A stretch of 63,548 nt of DNA, filler included, from Octopus bimaculoides (lineage: Eukaryota): NCBI RefSeq assembly GCF_001194135.2. It is 4 parts of 4 records of this genome, joined end to end, with 100 filler letters (N's around TTAATTAATTAA, not from the genome) between each part and the next. Parts side by side here need not be neighbours in the genome. Positions count along the whole stretch, not along the records: positions 47,868 to 59,820 come from NC_068983.1; positions 59,921 to 63,548 come from NC_068985.1; 2 more parts are not named here. One strand, written 5' to 3'. The translations under genes and the position numbers were made by a program. Shown in pieces: positions 49,177 to 63,502 of this stretch; the stretch's first letter is position 1; every line of letters starts with the position of its first letter. The notes under the pieces are model-generated. The model was not told the origin of the DNA, did no database searches, and was given only the letters and a program-made list of their open reading frames with translations.

Positions 49177-50329
49177 TATCACATACATATACTGAATATA
49201 TGTGTATATATATTTATCTATCAATCTATATTACGTACATAATACACACACACACACACACATACACACACACATATATATATTGACACACATAATTATA
49301 CATATAATGTTCTTGTATATTGCTTAAATATGCTTTAATTGTTTTCTCTAAAAGTTATGAGCAATTTACATCTGATGAAAATGAGTACCTTAACTGCCGC
49401 TAAAGGCATAAAATAGTTATTAATCCGCTTACTTTCGAAAGCTTCAGAGACACTTTTGATTAAACGTTCTCCAAATATTTCTGTATGTGCATTTAATACT
49501 TCAAAACTTACTACCACATAGAAATATAAACTTATAATTACTTACTGTTGAATGCACAAATTCATAAATTATTCTTTAAACGAGCTTTTAGCGTTAAACA
49601 TTTAAATTATTGATAATAGACTTTTATGAGGCGATGTTGCTTCATGAGAAATGAAATTCTTTGTTTACTTGCTAAAAAAGAAATATAAACGAAACAGCTT
49701 AAAATAAAATCAAGCAAAAAATAAGCTGTGATAAATCGAGGCAGATGCAAGGTTATGTGCTTAAGATGTTAGCACGTGCAGTTTTCGATCACGTGGTTCT
49801 TAATTCGATCCCACTGTGCAGCCCATTGAATACAACCCACTCCTATGACCACCGATTGACTATTAACCACATGAATGGAATTTGGAAGAAGGAAACTCTG
49901 CGACACCCATGCTTCGTGTCATTCTGTTTAGCTAAGAGCTTAAAAAATCGTTTAAGAAAATCTTTCTTCAGATATTGTGTCTCTATGAAGTATTTTTGCA
50001 AAATCTTACACACACATGTACGCGCGCGCGTATGTGTATATGTATATGTGTATATTTGTATATACACACGCACACACATACACACACATGCACACACACG
50101 CACACATGCATNNNNNNNNNNNNNNNNNNNNNNNNNNNNNNNNNNNNNNNNNNNNNNNNNNNNNNNNNNNNNNNNNNNNNNNNNNNNNNNNNNNNNNNNN
50201 NNNNNNNNNNNNNNNNNNNNNNNNNNNNNNNNNNNNNNNNNNNNNNNNNNNNNNNNNNNNNNNNNNNNNNNNNNNNNNNNNNNNNNNNNNNNNNNNNNNN
50301 NNNNNNNNNNNNNNNNNNNNNNATATATA

Positions 50330-51578
50330 CAGGGTGCGTAAGGTATTTGAGGACATGCTTTTTGGGGTCATTGTATTTTTTGCTAACTCTATAATCTTTG
50401 CTTCCGAAAATAATGGCAGACTCTCAACTTTCTCAAGAAATGAAGAGGCATACTGTTATTGTGGTTATAAAGGATGAGCATAGCGATTTAGAAATATCTC
50501 AAATTTTAGAAGTTGCCAGATCTTTCGTGTACAAAGTTTGTAAGGAACTCGAGACTGAAGATGGAAATATATAACCAGTATCAAAGCATACAAAGCATTC
50601 TAAACGCTCTGAAATCATCAGAACACCTGAATGTATCCAGCAAGTTCAACTGATCATTGGTTACAATTCCAGAAAGTCGATGAGGTCAATTGCAAAAGAT
50701 CTCCATGTGTCAGAAGGAACGGTCAGAAATGTTGTCCACGAAGACATCAGATATAAGTCTTATATGTTGAGGAAAGGTCAATTTGTCAGAAAAAGCAAAA
50801 GAAAATCACTACATCAGATCTGAAAGGTTCTTAAAGAAACTGAAGAATAGAGCAGAAGAAGATTTGACTTGGTCTTTCTCAAACGAGAAAAGCTTCGACC
50901 AAGATCAAAAAGTTAACAGAAGAAATGACTGATGGTTATGAGCAGACAGACCCTTCTGAAGTTCCAAGTGTTATGTATACAAAATTTCCTGCAACTGTCA
51001 TGGTTTTAGGGGTTGTCAGTAATGAAGGATATGTGATGCCCCCTTACTTCTTTCCACAAGGTCTTAGAGTTAACTCGACCACCTACATTGAGGTCCTGGA
51101 AATAATTGTTAAGTCCTGGATAGTCAATGTATGCAATGAAAGGCCATATGTGATTCAGTAAGACTCTGCACTATCACACATGGCGCTAGTAACACAGGAA
51201 TAGATAGCTGAAAAGTTTCATTATCGCATAACCCCTAGCATTTGGTCTCCTAATTCCCCAGATCTCAATCCATTGGACTATTATGTGTGGAACATTGTTG
51301 AGAGAGAGGTCAATGGACACGCCCATAACACCAACGATTCTTTGAAAGCTGCCATAGTCAGAGTAATGTCCAAAATGAACCAGGATCACTTGATTTGAGT
51401 ATGTAGATGATTCAGATCACATACAGAAGCAATTGTTGAAGCTGAAGGTGGCTTTATTGAATAACATAGAGAAGGTTTACTTTTATCCTCATAGCATTTT
51501 TTGATAAATAAAGTTATCTGTTATTATATATCCGTTTTTTATAAACATAAATCTGTCCTCAAATATCTTACGCACACT
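50330..51578 (+). mobile_element. Near full-length maT (DD37D) transposon with pseudogenised transposase 50413-51464
   Basis: TIRs cagggtgcgtaaggtatttgaggaca / tgtcctcaaatatcttacgcacact; MADSQLSQEMKRH..Q*DSA-x-SPDLNPLDYYVW with 37 residues between second and third Asp; several stops and frameshifts. Confidence 0.92.
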
Positions 51579-51969
51579 AATTATGTACATATACATATAA
51601 AATAACATAATAATATCATTTAATAGAATTATTTAATATTGTTTAATATCACACTAAATACCTCTTAATTAATCTAAACAACATATTAACAGTTTTATTT
51701 AACAGTATTACTTAATAATGTTATTTAATATTATTTAATGATGATAAATGATGGGCATGTGTGTATATATGGACATATATGTATGTTGTATGTTGACTAT
51801 ATATATATGGATATGTATCTACATTTCTTGGTGTGTATATCTATATGCTTACTTAAATATGTTTGTGTGTGCGTAAATGTATCTCAATATGCCTATATAT
51901 GTATTTAATTATCTATATACTGCTGCGTGTGTACGAGTATATTAGTAATGGTATATATGTATGTATATG

Positions 51970-52025
<56 letters not shown>

Positions 52026-54599
52026 TATATGTTTTTATCTGTATCTATCAATATGTATATAACTGTAAAAGAAAATATGTAGTATACCAAGCAACAATCA
52101 TAACACGCAATATAAAATCTATTGATATATACGTATATATATATTTTGTTTTCTATAAAAATTAGACATTATTTACAATAAACAATTTAATTATAAATTT
52201 TATAAACCTGTAACTTAATGATTACTATTAAACAGTTTTTTCTAATTACTTATTAAGCCGTATTGATAACTGGCGGTTAAATATAAATCTTAGTCCTTTA
52301 TATGTGAAATTCTTTATTTGTATTACTTCCTTATTTGGGTTGTCTTTTTCCTTAAAATACAGCCTCACCAGTTATTCAATACTTTTATGGGAGTTTAAAT
52401 TAGCTCATATATACAAATTTGTAGAGAGAACGTTAGCCTTTAATATTTTATTATTATATTATATGTCAGCACCCAAGTTTTATTTTTTAGTCTTGTTTAA
52501 ATAGACATGACTCCCAAAACAATAAAACATTACAAAATGATTAGCACCATACCTATGTAATTTCTAACGTCTTTTTAATTTTTTCAGCTACCGACGTGTA
52601 TTTTATGACGACTCAGATTCTTAAATATGAATTTATTGTCATTCTGTATGAAACAATTGTATAGCTACATGAATAAAAAAATTATCATCCATATGAACAT
52701 CTAATCTCTTCCATTTACTTAAATATGAATAAACTTGTTGAACTCTGCTTAATTAGTTAAATCACACACACACACACACACATATACCTAGAGTTCCTGA
52801 TTTTATTCACCTGTAAAGTTACATTAGACAAATACAAATGTAAAGCACATTCGCCCACATATGTGCTCATGCATGTTGATGTGTGCGCACATATGCATAC
52901 GTGTCTGTGGTTATTTTGTTACCCTATATGTCACATAGTTAAGTGGTTGGACGAGTAGAGAGATAAATAAGTACCAGATCGAAACGTTAACGAGACTGAT
53001 ATGATAAAAACTAAACCTTGTTCGTAGTGATACTCCAGTGTGGCCGAAATCCTTTTCTGTGTCACTAAAATCAATGAAAGAGTAAATGAGGATTCGAGGG
53101 AATTAAAGATTATTTCTCTTGTATTCGAAATCTCAATTCTTGTCTCTCCAAGCTATAGACGAAAGGATCCTTTTGATGTTGATCATCGTTTGTTTTGTAC
53201 TTTATCAATCACTCGTATTTACAATTTTCTGAACTGCTATTTCCAGCAGAGTTACTTTTATTGGTTTATGATTACAGTATTGGTTCAGACTAAATACATT
53301 ACACTATTTAGTTTCCAAACTATACGTCCTAAAACCAAACAACGTAGGCGTCGATATTTTTCTTTCATCTTTATCGGATCGATACAATTAGTCCCATTCA
53401 TATACTGGTGTTGATTTAGTCCACTAAATCCATTTGTGTACCCTAGAAGCAAATTTAATATTGATATATTTTTTTGTGATGCGAACGATATAAAATAAAG
53501 TTAGATTCGCTTCCTGCTTAAAGTGATTTGACTTCACTCTCTTTGAGTAAGGCATTCTTTTAATAATGTTAGTAAGCACGAATGGAATGTGTTTGTTATG
53601 TCGAAGGTCCCTGAATGCCGGTCAAGTTGATGCAGTTGGTGTCCAGCCTAAATGTATACGAGTCGACATCTACAAGGAAAAGATCAATGATAACACAATT
53701 CAAAATAAGTTGGTGTTTTAGGGGATCTCTGAGGGTGAGACACACCACACAGGTGACAGAAAGAGGCAGATGTGTATGTTGTCTCATGTGAAGGTATGCA
53801 GGTTACTAGTTTCAAGAAAAAAGATCTCCGTCGATATAATCGAAGAGGCATAGTGTATAGAAATCGCATCCATGGGCTATAGGTTTGTGTGTAATGGCAA
53901 GGGGATATTTTAGTGTGTAGCAGCAGTATTGTCCCAACTATGGGAGAAAAAATTATATTGTGCGTTCCATTTGAGTTTTGTATAGAGTTGGTAAGTGTCC
54001 GTGGCCGAAGAATTTTCTTACTGTGAAGGAATCTAGTATTTGGGAGGCAGTTGCAAATACTGTTACAAATACTCGGTAATTGTGAGGTCAGAAATTTTAG
54101 CAATTATTTTAATTGCGTATTGTACAAGACCAGAGCAGTTCATGGAGTAGTTTACCTCATGTGCGATGATTGTATCTTTGTGCTGTTAAAGAAGAAAAAA
54201 TTGAAATGTCCATGCTTGAGAATGTTTTCGACGCTTCTCATAAAATAGTGTAGATTTGACGTGAGATATACACGTTTGCATGTGACTGATACTTGTGTGC
54301 GGTGAATAAAAGTGGACGTTTATAGAGATGACAGAGAGCATATCCGAGCGAGTTGGAAACAGGAAATCTTGAGATGCCTAATGAACGCGTATTTCCCTAC
54401 AATTCTTGATTACTTCAACATTACGATGTCTGCAACAGTGTTGAATGGGGCGCATTGTGAAAGCCGTGATATGTCCATACAAATAGATAGTCAAAAACTT
54501 AGATCATTCTAAACTCATGCTACATAGAGAACGAGAACAACATCGTCTTGATATTGACAATGCAAATCAGCATGGTGACAACCTTGAATTAGAAAATTG

Positions 54600-54900
54600 T
54601 AAGTACTCTGCTCATTTTCATCAAGACTAGTGATTCTGATTGATCCTACTGTGCCATATGAAAGCGGAATGACGGAAGCCCATATCTACAAGATTGAAAT
54701 ATATGGTGACTTAGCCATTAAGTTGAGGGTATTTGGCTTCCAGACGAAAGTCTTGGCCATACAAATGGGAAGGAGACGGTTTGTGGGCGCCTCTCAATTT
54801 CTGAGGAAAAGAACACTAGGGCTGTTAATGAAATGGCCGAAGCAACTGGGGAGACTTTCAACTGGACTTGATTAAGAAAGAATGGAAAAGAATTTCAGAA
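54600..54900 (+). mobile_element. HERO-like REL-LINE C-terminal fragment
   Basis: ILIDPTVPYESGMTEAHIYKIEIYGDL..AIQMGRRRFVGAS resembles LIELTVPWE..EEAHERK..KY..L..AVEVGCRGFVG. Confidence 0.55.
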
Positions 54901-56559
54901 TATATCCAACATACAACTTAGTGTCTCAGAACTCAAAATGACACCCAACATACCTTCGCTCTGGAGCACCGTAACCACCCAAGAGGGTTGCAATGCAGAG
55001 AGCAGCACAAAATGTAACAGCAAAGAAGTATGCAGGAGTCATGACCTGGATGCGGCCTGGCTACCTTATGATTAAGGGGCGAAACACTTGCATGAGGAAA
55101 GGTTTCTCTGAAGTTCTCCCTAGCGTTTCTCACTACCAATCAATATATACGCTAAATAGCTTAACGATACACACGCGCGCACGCACGCCTGCCCGCAGCA
55201 CGCTCCGCGCGCGCACACACGCACACACGCACACGCGCACATGTATATAGGTTTGATAGAATAAGACAAATAGAACTTCACGAACCATTGAATATATATG
55301 CGTTTCTTATTATTTTCAGTAGGAAGACTCAAAACTGACTCATAGGCCGAAAGTCCCGTGCATGGTGCTGATAAGTGCTATGCAAGAAACTCTCGGCTCT
55401 TGAGTCACTCTTATGACTTCATGCTGATTAAAAATAATATATACACATGTTAAGTGGGAATGATAAATGTGAATATAGAAAGCATGTTCATTTTAACTGA
55501 ACAAAAATTCTGTACAGATAATATGCAGTTCTCTTTCAGTCTTCGGGCTATTTTAATTAATATACGCGTGCAAAGGAATCAAGCTTTTAACCTTAGAAAA
55601 ACTTTGAGATAATCCAGGCAAAAATATCTGAAGAAATTATGAGTTTGAAATTAATCTTGTAATAATTGGACTAAAGCTGACAAATCTCCAAGCTACATAA
55701 AAAACATATTATACGACTAGTTCAGATTTCTATGTTATCATGGCGTCACACAGATGTACAGAAAGACAGAGATATAAACACATCATACACACTCACACAT
55801 AGGCGCGTGTGCACACTCTCATGAAAGTAAGTGATGCATAATCATAATAAGATATTACACAAGCGCACATTTATACTATTAAACATGTACACACACACAC
55901 ACGCACACACAGGTATATTATCATACAGTCTCACAAAGAGAGCAATTTTATGTGATTATGATAATTTAATATACATGTCAGTAGAAACACGTATACTTAC
56001 ACCAAATACAAATATCTACTTTCATAAATTTCCAACTAATCAAAAGCAAACTGTCTTACAGATTCTACAAATATGTTATTAATTACAGAAATGCATATAT
56101 AATTGGAAATGAAAACGCACTGTGATAATGGATAACTAGGTCGTCACCAAAAAAGATGTCTCCATATTAAAAGTTGGTGACACTGGACCCAGAGGTCATC
56201 AACCCATTGAATGCGACTGTATTAGGGAATTACTACGGGAGCCCATTCATTAGACATCGAAAGTTTTAATAGGACCAGGGACTGGAAGTGAAGCATTTGA
56301 AGCGAAATCGAAAAGTGACACAGATTCCGCTTAACAGGAAATATATCCGTAGTATGGAACTTGTACTCCAACAGGCAAGAAGATAAATAGGTTTCATCAC
56401 ACTAGTCTGAGTGGATCTATAGAAATCTATCAAATTATCATAGAAAGAAAGAAAAAGGAAACAATATGTGAGATGCAAACCAATATGGTGTTAGTTAGTA
56501 TCGTAGAATATTTACCTTTATGGCATGGTCTCAGCACAATTCCCAATGATTTGAAAATA

Positions 56560-56790
56560 AGTATTTTTTAGCGATATATCTCGAAGGGAATTCAACTGTT
56601 ATTTATGGTTTCAAATTTTGTCGCCAGGCCAACATTTTTAGTGGGTGGAGCTAAATCGATTACATTGAACCCGTGTTGTACTGGTGCTTATTTTATCAAG
56701 CCCAAAAGAATGGAGGGCAAAGTAGCCCTTGGCGGATTTTGAACTCATAGCGTAAAGAACCAGAAGAAACACCGCTAAGCATTTCGTCCG
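56560..56790 (-). mobile_element. Decayed SINE of the 3360 family
   Basis: gtactggtgcttattttatc..ggcggattttgaactcatagcgtaaag..accgctaagcatttcgtccg. Confidence 0.7.
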
Positions 56791-59700
56791 ACGCGCTTTT
56801 CTTCCAGTTCACCAAAACAGCTGTTGCAAGTAATTAAATTATGATATATCTGTGAAATTTGTCTGTTTAAATGTTGCTCTTCAGGATAATTTTGAAGGAT
56901 TATGTGTATACGAGTGAGCTTCATCCATTGGATTTAATGTGTTGGAGCTTAATGACCCAACGACTCTATTAGTAACTTCTGTACATACATACATACATAC
57001 ATACATACATACATACATACATACATACATACATAGATGCATGCATACACACACATACGCCCACATATATCATTCCATGGATTTCCTTTGATATAACTAC
57101 ACACACATGCACACATTCACACACAACACACATACCTATCTATGTATATATCTATCTATATGTATATTTTGCTCACAGATATATTTGTGTGAATGTGTAA
57201 TGTATTTTGTTATCTAGATATCTATCTGTCAATCTGTCTGTCTCTGTCTGTGTCTCTCTCTCTATCTCTCTATTTATCTATCTATATATGCATATATGAA
57301 TTATATATATGTTGTCTGTGTCGATTTAAATGCCTATTTTACAAACACACTAACACGATTCCTTTATCCCAATTTCACAAATATGTACGTAAATAATATA
57401 TTGCATTTAAGCTCAAAATAAACTTGTTTCTAAGTGTTTCTTTTGAAATATGAAACATGCATGGAATTGATATTTGTTGTGTGATTTGTTTAGCATATAA
57501 TCTATAAATGTGTTGGATTTATTTTGGAAAACAAAACTTGCTTTTGATTCAAAATAATTTCCCAATGCTTCGTGCATCATTCAATACGAATTGCTGGCTT
57601 TTACGATATATATTTGGTGAGTGTCGTATAATGTTCGGTGAGCGACTGAGGAGCCAACCCTATTTTATTATTTGGTCCATTGGAATAAATCAGAATTCAT
57701 CGTCTTTACATGGCATTGATTCTTTTGAAAATTTTGTTGAACCCCCTACACGTTACTGACTCTAGGAAGTTCAAAATATTTGACGTTCTTATAAAATGTT
57801 TAGAACGATAGTGTGGATGTGAAACACAGCAGCTGTAATGAAAGGACAAACCAGTGAAGTGAGTGAGGTTGGGTGAAGATGGTACATAGCTTGCTTGTTT
57901 AGAAGGGCACAGGATTTAACTTTACCCATGTCACTGAGCTTTGAAAGTCCATTCATATCAGTTTTAAGTTGTTGCTGTTTAGCTCACGATAATCATAGTT
58001 TAGCAAAACAATGATTATAGATGATCAACTCTTGGATATAGTTATCATAAATTTATGTAAACAGGAAGGCCACGATTGGAACACTTTTGAAAATAGGCTT
58101 GCAAACATAGGACTGATCTATGAATTTGTATGTAGAACTTGTCCCTATCTTATGCAGTACTTAGGAATCTGAGTAGATCACAAATTCTCCACGGTTGATG
58201 TTTACTAACATGTCAACCACGTATTTTTAGTGTAAGGTCATATTATTCAATGAGTCCTTTACATATTTAAGACAGTAAGGGCTAAATTGTGGGGAAACAT
58301 TCGATGTTATTTTTAGGAGGTCGCGTGACAATGTAAATGATCACTACGTGGTAGAAATGACTGCTCAGAGCAGGAAAAGTAACAAACACACACATATATA
58401 GGAGTTTTGTTTTATTTTTGCCTTACGGATCTTCAGATGATATGAGAAATTTTGAAAAAGAAATGGTAGATATCTGTGGAATGAAAAGACAGAGAAGGAT
58501 AGGGGAGTGGAACACAACAAAAGAGAAAACAAAGTTTGTACTTGTGGAAGAGGGAGAGTTTGCGACAGTATAAACGGCTGAGGAGGGATGGAAGAAATAT
58601 ATTTATTACAAATCGTTAAGTCAATCATAAAAAGTTTATAAATAAATAACGGAAATATTTTGAACAAGAAGTGGACAGAAATTGGTTATTCTTTATAGAA
58701 AATTTATAAATCAATATATTACCTATTTTGTCGGTGGTCAAAGGGTGGTAATTCAATTATTGATGAATTGTGAGTTTAGGTGTAATCCGGTGTATATTTT
58801 GATTTTTAGGCTGAAAAATTTCATAAACTCTTTGAAACATCAGATACAAAGAGATCCTGCAAAATACAGACATATACTTAGCGATAGATGAAATGACTGT
58901 ACATATAAATGAACTATTGAGTTAAGTTGGAATAATCAATGAATATTTAAAAAAATTTAATACACATACTATACACAGGGTAATTTTTACTCGCTTAAAT
59001 GTATTATCTGGTTATAACTCTGAAATTTTCTATTGTAAATGTTAGCTTATAACTGAAAGGAAAGAAAAATAGAAATATATGTTAAGATAAAAAATGGGTA
59101 GCGCATAGTATTCTTTTGAGGATAAAAATTTAAGTCTTAGACTATGGAGAAGAGTGTCGCTTGTTTGAAAGGACTACATTAGTATTAAGTTTATATGAAA
59201 GCAAGGAGTTATATAAAGAACGGTTCTTTAAAAATGTCTAGAATTATAGACATTATAAAAGAACTGACTTTTATATCAGCGGAGCATAAGTCAAATGCAT
59301 ACCTATTATTAGTGAAGCTAAAAATATTAGGCAGAACTAGTAATATGCAAAGTTAAAAAAGATAATTAAATATGAACGTCTTTTTTTGCTTAAAATTATT
59401 TCTTGTTTGAAGAAAACTAGGTTAATGAATAAATCTGTGTGGAGCTCGTAAATCTTTTAAGGGATAAATTCCAAAGAAAAATCCTCGAGTTTAAAAATTC
59501 AAATTCAAGGCGCCATCTATGTTAAATGGATTTGCAAAAAAGACGTAATTCAGTTATGTAAACTCTGCCAAATTTAAACATTGTATTTTAAACTGTTAAA
59601 GCTCTGAATAATTGCTTTTGTAAAAATAGCTGTAGCGAACCTGGACGCGAGGAGAGAATACACGAGCGTAGAAATCAAGAAATACCTTTGGTTTATACAA

Positions 59701-59933
59701 CATCTTTGTAAGGAAGCAAATTAAGTTTGAAATTATGTACATCGGTAGAAAATACAGAATGCACAGAAATAAAAGCAAGAAAGCCCCCACCCATATCTCT
59801 CTCTCTCTCTCTCTCTCTCTNNNNNNNNNNNNNNNNNNNNNNNNNNNNNNNNNNNNNNNNNNNNTTAATTAATTAANNNNNNNNNNNNNNNNNNNNNNNN
59901 NNNNNNNNNNNNNNNNNNNNATGTCAAACATAA

Positions 59934-60001
<68 letters not shown>

Positions 60002-60024
60002 TAATAATGATAATAATAATAATG

Positions 60025-60094
<70 letters not shown>

Positions 60095-60665
60095 TAATAA
60101 TACTAATAATAGACAATATGAAGAGCGCAATACGATTGCAATAGATGTTTTATTGGTTAAACAATATCCCGATAGATAGCTTGCTTTTGTCGAGTTCAAA
60201 AGAAACAGTGATACGTGAAAATTCAAATTCAAAATTTGAACGAGGCAACCAGCGTCCCCACGTTGATGGAATAACATCATCAGTCTTCAATTTTCAAGTT
60301 TAAAAAGAATAAAAGAGAAAAAATGAAAAGAAAAAGAAAAGGAAAAAAAAGAATATTTAATTAAACAGTTTTGTGTAAATTTGATGAAATTCTCCTGTCA
60401 TTTTATTCATCCCTCCAGGGCGTGATGTGAATAATAACTCACAAACATATTTCTTCTCATGCATTTTGAGTGCTAGAAGTGTAGTAGATTCAGAATCTTT
60501 TCTGTGAAGATATCATTTTCAAGTCTTTTTCAGAATTGCAGCCGTTTGATGTAAAATAAGTATCAAATATTTAGCTTAATATAGTCAACATCTTGCAAAA
60601 TTCAGGAATACGGTTTATGTTACTGTTACATACCTCAATATAACGTTTCCTTTTTCCTTTTGTAG

Positions 60666-61717
60666 GTAAATATGGATACGTATTTCTATGTATCATCTTT
60701 ATCACTACCATGCTTTTGATGTCTCTACAAAACGAAGATCATTTTCTGAAATCACAATTTAAAAATGTCGAAAACACATCGACTCACCTCATGACTACAA
60801 CTTCAAAAACACCATCGAGTAGCCTTAAGGCAATAATTTCTGAAACACCATTGACTCGCTTTACGAATACAAGTTTGGAAGAGTGGAGAGGAAACTTGAA
60901 ATACATTTGTGTCAATTTAATTGGAAGGTTGGGTAATCAAATGTTTGTATTTGCTTCTGGTTTAGGGATAGCAAATGCTAACAATAGGAGTATGATTGTT
61001 CATGAAGGAATAGAACATTTAGAAAATATATTTAATATACATAATACTGAGAAAAATGGAACTTTGTGCAAAAATGCTAAAACAAAATATCACCGAAAGG
61101 CTTCCGCTTTTGATCCTAGATTGTTTAATATTAGTAATGTGGGCACTGTTTTTGTCGGACCTTATTTACAGTCATACAAGTATTTCGAACGCATATATGA
61201 TGAAATCCGCTCTCAATTCACTTTTAAAAAAGAGATTAAAGACAAAGCCGACAAAATTATAAAGGAAATTGTCGAGAATCATAGAAAAGTTAACAATGCG
61301 TCGTTGAACTGGACAGTAGTAGGAATACATGTTCGACGAGGTGACATGGTTAATCATCCATATGGTTATAATGTGGCTTCTAAGGAATATTTCGAAAGTG
61401 CAAAACAGTGGTTCCAGTCTCATTATACAAATGTAATATTCGTTGTTTGTTCTAATAGTTTGCAATGGTGTAAAGACAACATATCTGACAATAGCACTTA
61501 TTTTATAAGTGGCAACTCGGCAGCAGAAGACATGGCTGTTTTGAGCAGCTGTGAGCATTTAATTTCTTCTGTAGGTAGTTACAGCTGGTGGGCAGGATTT
61601 TTGTGTAAAGGAAATGTCACTTACTATTTCCCACCAGCCAAAGAACATTCTCTACTTCGAAACGCGTACAGTGCTGACTATATGGACTATTTTCAGCCAA
61701 AATGGATTCGTCTTTAG
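60666..61717 (+). CDS. Galactoside alpha-1,2-fucosyltransferase (GT11, FUT1/FUT2-like), main coding exon
   Basis: GT11 motifs GRLGNQMF, VGIHVRRGD, DMAVLSSCEH..GSYSWWAGFL; frame open from a splice acceptor (cctttttccttttgtag, AG at 60664-60665) giving KYGYVFLCIIFITTMLLMSL signal anchor; Thr/Ser-rich stem; about ten N-glycosylation sequons; stop TAG at 61715-61717. Confidence 0.93.
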
Positions 61718-61818
61718 TTATTCTGATGAAATGTATTCGGAGAAATTGGTAAAGCATCGGATTCGTGTGATTTCTTATCATGTCTTCAATTGTTCAGTCT
61801 CTACGTCCATAATTTTGT

Positions 61819-61824
61819 AATAAA
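61819..61824 (+). promoter_or_regulatory. Candidate polyadenylation signal of the fucosyltransferase gene
   Basis: AATAAA about 100 nt after the stop; common in AT-rich DNA. Confidence 0.4.
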
Positions 61825-63167
61825 TTGAAATTAGAATGTGTGTTTACATGAAATTATGAAGCACATCGGGTATTTTACAAAGTAAATGTTTGAGAAAACT
61901 GATTAATTTATTGATGGGTGAAAGGAAAAATAAATCTTGATTTTTTTTTTTAATGAAGTACTTCTAATTCTGGCTCAAAGTAAGCAAGTTCAGGGTTAAG
62001 TCGAGCACACCGACTTCAGTGCTCAACTGGAACTTATTTTATCGAACGCTGAAGTATGAAAAGGAAAGTCGACCCCTGCTTAAGGATAGACCACCTCAGA
62101 ACGTGAGGATAGACGAAATGTCTGTGAATATTTTATCTGGCGTGTTAACGAGTCTGCCAGCTCTTTACCTTACAAGTTCTTCAAATATTAAGGTGTATAA
62201 AGCCTTGATATAGATTCAATTGTTAGAATGTCTAACAACAGTGGTTAAGCAAACCTCTGTTGTAAGACATTCCAACATTAACAGCCATTTCCTTTTCATA
62301 TATAGAGTATATGCATGTGATCTCAAACTTGAAGAATAGAAAACAATGAGGACATTTCTCTATTGTCACATGACGCCCAAGAAGTAGCAGAGAAATTTCA
62401 TCTACTCACATACTACCATCTTAAAAATGGAGGGACATTTTCAGTAGCATAATTCTAGAGCTACTGCTTTTGAGTTTAAGATAAGATGGCTACAACTGTG
62501 TTGAAGAGATAACAAACGTAGATGGTATGCTTCTTGCTTCAGGTGGTACAGCATCTTGCTATGTCTGAGGCCCAAAACCAATGTAGCAGTAAGAGAAACT
62601 GGTGAATTAACATTCCGGAGATTAAGTCTTCACAAATCACTTTTTGAGGAAATTCTTGTAGATGGTTTATGATACGCGTGTGTGTAGTAACACTTCGTAT
62701 CAGATATTTAACAATAATATTATTGCATCTGAGCTTTGTGAAGGTCAATAAAGGAATTATTCATTTATTTTAAAGAAATAGCTATTATTTGGATTGCGAT
62801 TTGGTTGTATTGTTAAATCTTTCCTGTTTGCAGCTGAAACATAAAAAAACTGTGAAGCTTAGAATTTGCTGTCACTTTGAAGATTTTCAGCTGCATGCAG
62901 TTAATTTGTGGAATTNNNNNNNNNNNNNNNNNNNNNNNNNNNNNNNNNNNNNNNNNNNNNNNNNNNNNNNNNNNNNNNNNNNNNNNNNNNNNNNNNNNNN
63001 NNNNNNNNNNNNNNNNNNNNNNNNNNNNNNNNNNNNNNNNNNNNNNNNNNNNNNNNNNNNNNNNNNNNNNNNNNNNNNNNNNNNNNNNNNNNNNNNNNNN
63101 NNNNNNNNNNNNNNNNNNNNNNNNNNNNNNNNNNNNNNNNNNNNNNNNNNNNNNNNNNNNNNNNNNN

Positions 63168-63204
<37 letters not shown>

Positions 63205-63502
63205 CTACATCGGTGTGTTACACAAAAGTCCTTGTGATATTCAGATATTCTATGGAATTGTAACATATGACACGAAAAGTTCCATGTATGTATCCTTACA
63301 GATACATAAAACAATCATGTGACATGAAACCGATGAAATGAAATCACCTCGGCAATATTCTCAACAATTGAAATTTAAAAAAAGATTCACACAGAAATAT
63401 CAAATCTACTGGGAGTCCATAGTCATATATATGGGTATAGTCATGGAAGAGTATATTTATTTTCAAAAGCATCTATTCATGGGTGAATTATATATATATA
63501 TA

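Noticed and set aside
55070-55125. gcgaaac..gtttc..ctgaag after the HERO-like fragment
   Set aside because: Simple hairpin; no complete ribozyme core
58405-58445. ctgaagatccgtaaggcaaaa on the minus strand, hammerhead-like
   Set aside because: Only a 2-bp stem II, no GAAA and no stem I partner
59595-59715. CpG-containing stretch reading LNNCFCKNSCSEPGREERIHERRNQEIPLVYTTS before gtaagg, as a candidate first FUT exon
   Set aside because: No ATG, weak acceptor and phase 2, whereas the FUT exon needs phase 1
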